DNA from: Macrostomum lignano
Taxonomy: Eukaryota
DNA: 64,000 bases
Direction: 5' to 3'
Assembly: GCA_002269645.1 (NCBI GenBank)
Contig: NIVC01000001.1
Span: forward strand, 1,054,001 to 1,118,000
Positions 1 to 9,400 of the stretch are shown one piece after another. Below the pieces are notes generated by a model, which was not told the DNA's origin, did not search any database, and saw only the letters and a list, made by a program, of their open reading frames with translations. Within the stretch, counting starts at the first letter, position 1; each line of letters begins with the position of its first letter. Position numbers and translations under genes: made by a program.

Positions 1-812
1 TTAATTAGGTACCGTTGTTCAACGGTACCTTCTGTGGTCCTTGGATCTTTTTTGGAGAGGCACCTGCCTCATTGTGGTAACGGCCACAGATATTCATGTC
101 CGAGTACAAGGCAAGTTCCTTACAAAGAAAAAAATAAAAAACACCGCCCTATACAAATCCGTGTACGGGTAACGTGCATCACGTGTAATCTCCACTAATA
201 CTATAATTAAAATGAGAATTGGATCCATTGATTTTGCATACTTTAAATGTTTTATGCCTAAATGTAGTTGATTCACAAGGTTCTATCCTGCTGAATGCAT
301 AAAAAGCTTATCGTCTTGAGTAAAAATATGCATTTTGGTTTAGTGTTCTGACATTCTTTGCCGTAAATTTAAACTGCATATAATTATCAATCCGCGCTGG
401 CGTCTTTTCTATGAAAATTGTCTACGTGACGTGGTGGTCGTGGCACTGGTGTGCTGTGCTGACGTGCTGTGTGGTTTTTAATTGTAATAAACTGTGTATA
501 CTGTTTTAATAATAAATGGTGTTGTGTAGGAAGACATTTAACTCATTTTTGTAAGTTAGCAATAATTTACTATAAATTATAAATTATAAAACCAATGCCT
601 ATAAGAATAGTAGTTTATGTATTATTGTTAGTATTATATTATCCTTAAAATTGTTAGATTGTGTCCAGAGAAATGGATGAGAAATAAGAAATGGAGTCAA
701 GATATAACAGAAAAGAAGTGCCATAGTTTTGGAATGTAATCATTTAGGGCAATTTTTTATGGGAATGATTTTTATCTGAAACTGATATAATACATGAAGT
801 GCTAGGCCTAAT

Positions 813-1362
813 GGTAATCTTTCCTTACCCGACCGTAAATTATTTTCGGCTTCCTATTTCAGTTTCTTTTAATTTTTTTGGCTGAAGTTGTGTATATATG
901 TGGGGCGCACATTTTAAGAAAAGAAAAAAATGTTTTTAATTTTAGATTTTTTAATTTTTTAATAATTTTTCTCAACCATTACAACCAGCTGCCAAACCAT
1001 GCCACTGTCAACCACTCCCTCAACTTCGTCAACCCTGCGGACCCAACTGTGCACACCCAGAACATCGAGGGAACGTGGGGTCATGTCAAGGCCAAGCTAA
1101 GATGGATGCGTAGCACGTCGGTGCACTCTTTGACACTTATCTGGAGGCGCTATCTGGAGGAGTTTATCTGGAGGCGCCATTGGGGAGGAGAGCATCATTT
1201 TGAAAATTTCATTTACTGGGTCCGGCACTACTACCCATGCTGACTTTTACCCATGCTGACTTTTAGCTTTTACCGTAAGCCCGTAAAAATATTTACATTT
1301 TAAATATAAAAAATTCAAAAAAACTTAGAAAATAATTTACGGCTGGGTAAGGAAAGATTACT
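813..1362 (+). mobile_element. Merlin (IS1595/IS1016-like) DNA transposon, internally deleted non-autonomous copy
   Basis: ~35-bp terminal inverted repeats (GGTAATCTTTCCTTACCCGACCGTAAATTATTTTC at 813-847; complement at 1328-1362). An identical 8-bp target-site duplication GGCCTAAT flanks it at 805-812 and 1363-1370. The interior encodes the C-terminal DDE_Tnp_IS1595-type motifs (HATVNHS..FV.P, HTQNIEGTW, YLEEFIWRR). Confidence 0.92.
975..1243 (+). pseudogene. Merlin/ISXO2-like transposase C-terminal fragment
   Basis: ORF 878-1243 contains NHATVNHSLNFVNP..VHTQNIEGTWGHVKAKLR..YLEEFIWRRHWG. The N-terminal part of the catalytic domain is missing. Confidence 0.85.
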
Positions 1363-2316
1363 GGCCTAATTTATAAAAAAGGAGCTAGAATCATTGTTTT
1401 CCTGAATGCTTAAAATCTTTAATCTCTAGAAACTATTTGTAAAGTTTTTTTTAGAACTTCTACCTTATTTTTTAAAAAAATGTTGAGGTAATCATTACTT
1501 TTTTTTGTGATCATTATTATTTGAAAGATTCCCTAAAATTCATGATAATCTTGACCAAAGATTAACAAAACAAATATTATAGCTACTTAAAAAGAATGTC
1601 TATAACTATCAAGGCATTTTTTCTATATTTAATAAGTCCCTTAAATTCCAAGATATATATTAATTGCCAAATAAGCAACTTTTTTAATATCATTTTTTGG
1701 TATTTTTTAGCTCTTCTTTAGTTGATTTTTATTATGGCTATTGGCAACTAAAAGGGATATTGCAAAAGTTTCTAAGCTAATATTTAAACCAAAAAAAACT
1801 TTTTTGCTATATTCATTCTAGTATTCTAGAAATTGGCAATGAAATGAGAAGTGGTGCTAAAGTTCTTTGACTAGTGCTATTATGCTTAATTTGCATATCC
1901 AAATTTATTTTTTAAAATTACCCAGCACTACATTTGTTCTAAAGTTATAGACTAATACAATTGACTTAATTTGACTATGCAAAATCTATGTGCATTTTTT
2001 AACTTTTGGTTGAAATTGTGTTTTTGCTTTAAAAATTTGTTAATTATTTTGCCGCTTGCACATTCTAGGGCTGCCCTATCGTTACTAGATTTTATCTCTA
2101 AATGTTACTGTGGTTAAGCCAAATATAAATTTAGTTTCAGCCAAAATGTAGCTTAAATTGAATATGTGATAAGCATTAGTCTAGAAAATCTTGTAATAAT
2201 CCCTCATAATAAAATTATCAAGCAACAATTTTTTTCTTCTATATTAATATATTGTTCCCTTTTCATTTCATGTCACCAAGGACAGGCAGTAAAGAGTCCA
2301 GCAAGCACTGACAAAC

Positions 2317-2727
2317 ATGCCATTGTCTACTATGACTTGTTCTATGCTACTCATAGTAATATTATTACTGCTAGCATCTTTGGCTTTGTCATTGCCAGCT
2401 GCACTAACAAAGAAAGATTTAGCAGTGGCAACAGTAATAAAGCCATCACTAAACTCCACTTTATTGCCATTAGTTGCCAATTGTACAACAGATGCTAACT
2501 GTTTACCAATGGGACTCTGTTTTGAAGGCCAGTGCTACCATGGACCTAGAAAATGCAGCCTAATTAACAATACAAGTTCTGGTTGTGGAAATTATGAAGT
2601 CTGTCTTTTTCACACAGCCAATAGCACTGTTGAGACTGCTAATGCTGCCAATGGATCTTTTGGAGTCTGCATTTGTCAACAGAATGCTAACAGATTGTCA
2701 CTGGCTGAATGTGGTAAGTCCACTTAG
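2317..2727 (+). CDS. Small secreted cysteine-rich protein (signal peptide plus EB/EGF-like Cys spacing); separate gene or alternative first exon of the downstream gene
   Basis: Hydrophobic signal peptide MLLIVILLLLASLALSLP, then a Cys-rich segment (CTTDANCLPMGLCFEGQC...CICQ...EC) with several N-x-S/T sites. A GTAAGT donor lies at 2714 and an AATAAA at 3141. Confidence 0.65.
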   Translation: MPLSTMTCSMLLIVILLLLASLALSLPAALTKKDLAVATVIKPSLNSTLLPLVANCTTDANCLPMGLCFEGQCYHGPRKCSLINNTSSGCGNYEVCLFHTANSTVETANAANGSFGVCICQQNANRLSLAECGKST

Positions 2728-2784
2728 TAGTGTCATTAGCATATTTTCTTCTTTTTTCTGCCATTGATCTAACATTGATAAAAC

Positions 2785-3065
2785 CTCTCTGTTTTTGGCG
2801 CCCTTAACACCTCTTTTTGGCGCCCCCAACACCCTGATTTTGGCGCCCCCAACACCGATTTTGGCGCCCCCAACACCCTGATTTTGGCGCCCCCCCAACA
2901 CCCTGTTTTTGGCGCCCCCAACACCTGTTTTTGGCGTCCCCAACCCCTCCGTTTTAGGCGTCCCCAACATCTCTGTTTTTGGCGCCCCCAACACCTGTTT
3001 TTGGCGTCCCGAACATCTCCCTATTTTTGGCGCCCCTAACACCTCCCTGTTTTTGGCGTCCCCAT
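2785..3065. repeat. ~20-22-bp minisatellite (TTTTTGGCGCCCCCAACACCCTG-like)
   Basis: About 13 degenerate tandem units are visible directly. Confidence 0.9.
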
Positions 3066-3462
3066 ATTTTCGCATCCCTAAAAGTCATTAATCGTACATA
3101 TTTTGTATACTATGTACAGCAGCTACCAAAAACCGGTTTCAATAAATCATGAGGCCCCTCAGCCATGAAAGATTTTCGCCTTTTTTTGCTCAGTGACACT
3201 CCCAGTATGAGCTTCGGCCATTTCAGATTTGATCATCTCCCAGCACGTCTCTCCCTCTGACACCCCCACCCAGCCCTGCGCTTGGCTGCTCCCGGAAATC
3301 CCTACTCACCCCATTTGTTCACGTTCTCCCCCCCCCCTCAACTGGCTGAGCCAAATCCCAAGCTGTCGCATGCAGGATTTATAAATCCTTCCCTTGCACA
3401 GTAAAAAATCCCAAAAATTAAGACATTGCCTGTTGTTTTTGTCATTCTATATTTAAACAGCA

Positions 3463-6400
3463 ATGGGCAAAAACTTGTTTTCCTGCATTGTTTATTCCAA
3501 TCTGATAATGTCTGTTATTGTTTTAGCCGTTGCCAACTCAACTAACGCTGTGTCGACTATGGTGTCGGTTTCAACAAATACTACTGATAGTATTGCTGCA
3601 ACTGCTGCAAAAGCTGATTTGTTGGTTAATAATGCATCAGCTGGTTTGAATACTACTAGTAAGTAGATTATGCGCATTTATTGGCAAATTTAAGCTGACC
3701 TTCCTTTAGGTCTGTAACAAAGACCGGGTCGCCATCATAAACCCGAAAAATCACAACTTCGAAAGCACTTCCCATCATAAACCCGAAATATCACAAACCC
3801 GAAATATCATAACTCCGAAAAACAAATTAGTGTTGGACATTGCTAGAACTTTCGGAGTTATGATATTTCGGGTTTGTGATATTTCGGGTTTATGATAAGC
3901 AATGCTATTTTTGTTTTCGGAGATATGATATTTCGGGTTTCTGATTTTTCGGGTTTATGATGTGTGTTGCTATCAAATTCGGAGTTATGATATTTCGGGT
4001 TTATGATGGAAAGCGCATTTCGGAGTTGTGATTTTTCGGGTTTGTGATTCCCCCCTGTAACAATAGTGACTGTGCAATATTGACTGGGGGTTGTAGCCTA
4101 GTGGTTAGAGCGTCGGACTCACGACTGGAAGGTCGGGGGTTCGATTCCCGATCCCACTGGAACAATTTGTGTCCTTGAGCAAGACACTTAACTCTGCATT
4201 GCTTCAGTTCACCCAGCTGTAAAATGGGTGCCAGCATTAGCTGGGGTAATTAAGGGGGTGTGTGGCGACCTTCCAGTCCTTGGACTGAACAGCCGTACGC
4301 TGCTGGCAGTAGTGCATTGGGAAAGTGCAATCGTCTTCTACATTACAAAGACTAGACAGCTGAAGGGAAAGAAATGCAATCAATTAGTTGGATAGTCGGG
4401 CTTAATTTGAGACGATCAAAGCCGAATCAGACGGTTGAAAACGTTACCGTGAGAACAATCGCTAAAAAGTCGTTACAAACAGCTTAGTAGCAACTCTGTG
4501 GCGACTCTCGTGACTTTTTAACCACTCAAACGCGTCTCGTGTAACGGAAAAGCGACTGAGTTCTATAACGGAGAGTTGTAGAATCGTAAAAGTCGCAACA
4601 GACTCAGAGTTGTCCAAGAATCGTTGTGTTGGCGATCAACTTTTGCTATAGAGATGTGACTCTAGAGATGTGACAACTCAGTGTCTCTTCAGCGACTCCA
4701 GCACGCCTCAAATACGACTTTACGTCGCCAGAGTCGCAGACAATAAAACGCTTCAAAGTGACTCTAGAGATGTGACAACTCAGTGTCTCTTCAGCGACTC
4801 CAGCACGCCTCAAATACGACTTTACGTCGCCAGAGTCGCAGACAATAAAACGCTTCAAAGTGACTCTATAGATGTGACAACTCAGTGTCTCTTCAGCGAC
4901 TCCAGCACGTCTCAAATACGACTTTACGTCGCCAGAGTCGCAGACAATAAAACGCTTCAAAGTGACTCTATAGATGTGACAACTCAGTGTCTCTTCAGCG
5001 ACTCCAGCACGTCTCAAATACGACTTTACGTCGCCAGAGTCGCAGACAATAAAACGCTTCAAAGTGACTCTAGAGATGTGACAACTCAGTGTCTCTTCAG
5101 CGACTCCAGCACGCCTCAAATACGACTTTACGTCGCCAGAGTCGCAGACAATAAAACGCTTCAAAGTGACTCTTGGGTGACTCTTTGGCGACTTGGCGAC
5201 TATGACGTCTCATGAGTCATCTAGAGTCAGTTCTTTCCTATTTTGCCTGTGTCATCTGCAGCGACTCTGGAACGACGCCCAATAAAAGCGGTAACTAGGC
5301 CAAAAAGCATCCGAGATGTCACAACGAGATGTCATGTTACAACTCGCCAAAAAGTCGTCAGAGTCACTTTGATCAGGCGAGTTCAGCAACTTTGAAGCGA
5401 CTCTGAGGCAACGCACTTGATGTAAAGTCGTATTTGTGGCGTGCTAGAGTCGCTGAAGAGACACTGAGTTGTGTTTGAAGCGCATTTGCGTCGCTTGATG
5501 AATTAGTCACAGACACTTCTAGCTAGCTAGCGACTGTGACGCAACCGTTTTCATCGGGTATTTACAATTTTCTGTTATTCTCCAATTGCTTTAATCAGCA
5601 GCCGCCCCAACCGGCCCAACGGCTGTCATTCGACCTTCGACGCTCACGGTTGAACTGCCCAATGTTGTCCTGCTGGACGGTAGCGCCAGTCGCGAAGGCT
5701 CTTCGCCTATCGAAGCCTACTCCTGGGAGGCTGTCGACGGTCCGCTGCCGCAGTTGTCTGGCGCTGCGGCTGCCGCTGCATCGGGGTCTTCTTCTTCGTC
5801 TTCGTCGTCGTCGGCCGTGTCGGGCCCCGATCCAGGTGGCGGCGGCGGACCCGCCTGGCGCCAGTCGGTGCTGCGCGTTCGTCTGTCTGCTGGCGCCTAC
5901 CGGCTCCGCCTGACTGTGCGCGACGCCAACGGCCTGACCGACTCGGCTGGGGCCAACGTGACTGTCCTGCCGGCCAGGGACAGCCCGCCGAGGGCCAGCG
6001 CCGGCAGCGGGATTGTCATCTACCTGCCGAATAACAGGGTCAACCTCACTGGGGAGGGCAGCACCGATGATCGGGGCATTGTTAGTTACGCTTGGACTCA
6101 GGTCGGAGATCCGATGCTGAGCGCGGATATGCAGGTGAGTTGCAGGTGATCTCAAGTTTGAGTCATTCGATCTCTAGTTTGAGTCATTCGATCTTCTTAA
6201 GTTTGAGTCATTCTATCTCAAGTTTGAGTCATTCGATCTCAGGCTTGAGTCCTTTGATCTCAAGCTTGAGTCATTCTATCTCAAGTTTGAGTCATTCTAT
6301 CTCAAGTTTGAGTCATTCGATCTCAGGCTTGAGTCCTTTGATCTTAAGTTTGAGTCATTCTATCTCAAGTTTGAGTCATTCGATCTCAGGCTTGAGTCCT

Positions 6401-9400
6401 TTGATCTCAAGCTTGAGTCATTCTATCTCAAGTTTGAGTCATTCTATCTCAAGTTTGAGTCATTCGATCTCAGGCTTGAGTCCTTTGATCTTAAGTTTGA
6501 GTCATTCTATCTCAAGTTTGAGTCATTCGATCTCAAATTTGAGTCATTCTATCTCAAGTTTGAGTCATTCTATCTTAAGTTTAAGTCATTCGATCTCAAG
6601 TTTGAGTCATTCGATCTCGATTTTGAGTCATTCGATCTCGATTTTGAGTCATTCGATCTCAGGTTTGAGTCATTCGATCTCAGGTTTGAGTCATTCGATC
6701 TCAATTTTGAGTCATTCGACCTCAGGTTTGAGTCATTCGATCTCAATTTTGATTCATTCTATCTCAGGTTTGAGTCATTCGATCTCAATTTTGAGTCATT
6801 CTATCTCAGGTTTGAGTCATTCGATCTCAATTTTGAGTCATTCTATCTCAGGTTTGAGTCATTCGATCTCAATTTTGAGTCATTCTATCTCAGGTTTGAG
6901 TCATTCGATCAAGTCATCAGTTAATTGCATTATCTTTATCAATCATCAGTTACAGTCAATTCATCAATCATCTGCTGATCCCGCCCGCTCAATACGGCAG
7001 GGCGCCCACTCGAAGCTGCTGAGGCTGTCCGGCCTGGTGGAGGGCGAGTACAAGTTCCAGCTGACAGTGACTGACGCGGCCGGCCAGACGGACAGCGCCA
7101 ACGTCACCGTGCTGGTAAAGCGGCGCGGACTCAACCGGCCGCCGGTGATTCGCGCCGTGCCGGACAAGCTGGAAGTCCGACTGCCGCAATCGTCTGTCAG
7201 CATCAGCGCCGAGGCGTCAGACGATACCGGAGTCATTGCTGGCTGGCTGTGGCAGCAGCTGGACGACGGCAACAAGCGCCTGCGGCTGTTGAATTCCACG
7301 TCTCAGACTGTTAATGTCACTGGTAGGCGACGCTTATTAAGTCTGACACAGTTACCAATAAGTCTGACACAGTTCTCAATAAGTCTGACACAGTTCTCAA
7401 TAAGTCTGACACAGTTCTCCATAAGTCTGACACAGTTCTCCATAAGTCTGACACAGTTCCCAATAAGTCTGACACAGTTTTCAATAAGTCTGACGCAGTT
7501 CTCAATAAGTCTCACACAGTTCTCAATAAGTCTGACACAGTTCTCAATAAGTCTGACACAGGTCACAATAAGTCTGACACAGTTCACAATAAATCTGACG
7601 CAGTTTACAAGTCTGACGTAGTTCTTAATAAGTCTGACACAGTTCACAACAAGTCTGACACAACTCTCAATAAGTCTGATAAAGTTCTCTTTAAGTCTGA
7701 CATAAATCTTTATAAGACTGGCACAGATCTCTATAAGTCTCAAAAAGCCTGAGTAGGTAATTATCAACTCGGACACCAGTTTTCCTCACGACTGATTCTC
7801 CTCATCAGGCCTGACTCTCCTCATCAAGCGTGACTCTCCTCATCAAGCCTGACTCTCCTCATCAAGCCTGACTCTCCTCATCAAGCCTGACTCTCCTCAT
7901 CAGGCCTGACTCTCCTCATCAAGCCTGACTCTCCTCATCAAGCCTGACTCTCCTCATCAGGCCTGACTCTCCTCATCAAGCCTGACTCTCCTCATCAGGC
8001 CTGACTCTCCTCATCAAGGCTGAATCCAATAATTTTACGATCGTCGCCGTCTGCTCACTTCCCAGGCCTCGCCGTTGGCAAAAACTTTCGCCTACGCGTC
8101 ACGGCCGTCGATCAGGACGGCGCCAACTCCAGCGCGATCGCCTCGTTGACGGTGCTGCCCGGGCCGAACCAGCCGCCAAAAGCCGTCATTGCCGCGGTGC
8201 CCGCTCGGCTGCAACTTGACGGCACTGGCGGAGAGCTTCTGGCTATTGACGGCTCGGCCAGCTGGGACGATAAGGTATGGCTGCTGTGGCCACTAGGTAT
8301 TCCCTACACAGCTTTGAAACTATCTGCCCCGAGAACCTGCCCTGAAGGGTCGCTGAGAACCTGCCCTGGATGATCACTGAGTACCTGCCCTGAAGAGTCA
8401 CTGACAACCTGTCCTGAAGGGTCGCTGACAACCTGCCCTGAAGAGTCACTGACAACCTGCTCTGAAGAGTCACTGACAACCTGCCCTGAAGTGTCACTGA
8501 CAACCTGCCCTGAAGAGTCACTGACAACCTACCCTGAAGAGTCACTGACAACCTGCCCTGAAGAGTCGCTGAGAACCTGCCCTGAAGGGTTGCTGAGAAC
8601 CTGCCCTGAAGAGTCACTGACAACCTGTCCTGAAGAGTCACTGACAACCTGTCCTGAAGAGTCACTGACAACCTGCCCTGAAGAGTCGCTGAGAACCTGT
8701 CCTGAAGAGTCACTGACAACCTGCCCTGAAGAGTCACTGACAACCTGCCCTGAAGAGTCACTGACAACCTGCCCTGAAGAGTCACTGACAACCTGCCCTG
8801 AAGAGTCACTGACAACCTGCCCTGAAGGGTCGCTGACAACCTGCCTTGAGAGTCACTGACAACCTGCCCTGAAGAGTCACTGACAACCTGTCCTGAAGAG
8901 TCACTGACAACCTGCCCTGAAGAGTCGCTAAGAACCTGCCTTGAAGAGTCACTGACAACCTGTCCTGAAGAGTCACTGACAACCTGCCCTGAAGAGTCAC
9001 TGACAACCTGCCCTGAAGAGTCACTGACAACCTGTCCTGAAGAGTCACTGACAACCTGCCCTGAAGAGTCACTGACAAACTGCCCTAAAGAGTCACTGAC
9101 AACCTGTCCTGAAGAGTCACTGACAACCTGCCCTGAAGAGTCACTGACAACCTGCCCTGAAGAGTCACTGACAACCTGCCCTGAAGAGTCGCTGAGAACC
9201 TGCCCTGAAGAGTCACTGACAACCTGTCCTGAAGAGTCACTGACAACCTGCCCTGAAGAGTCACTGACAACCTGTCCTGAAGAGTCACTGACAACCTGTC
9301 CTGAAGGGTTGCTGAGAACCTGCCCTGAAGAGTCACTGACAACCTGTCCTGAAGGGTCGCTGACAACCTGTTCTGAAGGGTCGTTGAGAACCTGCCCTGA

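Noticed and set aside
4086-4157. tRNA gene (Val-CAC-like), also at 62289
   Set aside because: The anticodon and acceptor stems pair poorly, and the sequence continues into a shared SINE body in several copies.
6092-7621. 509-aa SLSHSIS-repeat ORF fused to a PKD domain
   Set aside because: The repeat part is intron 6135-7000, bounded by GT..AG in correct phase.
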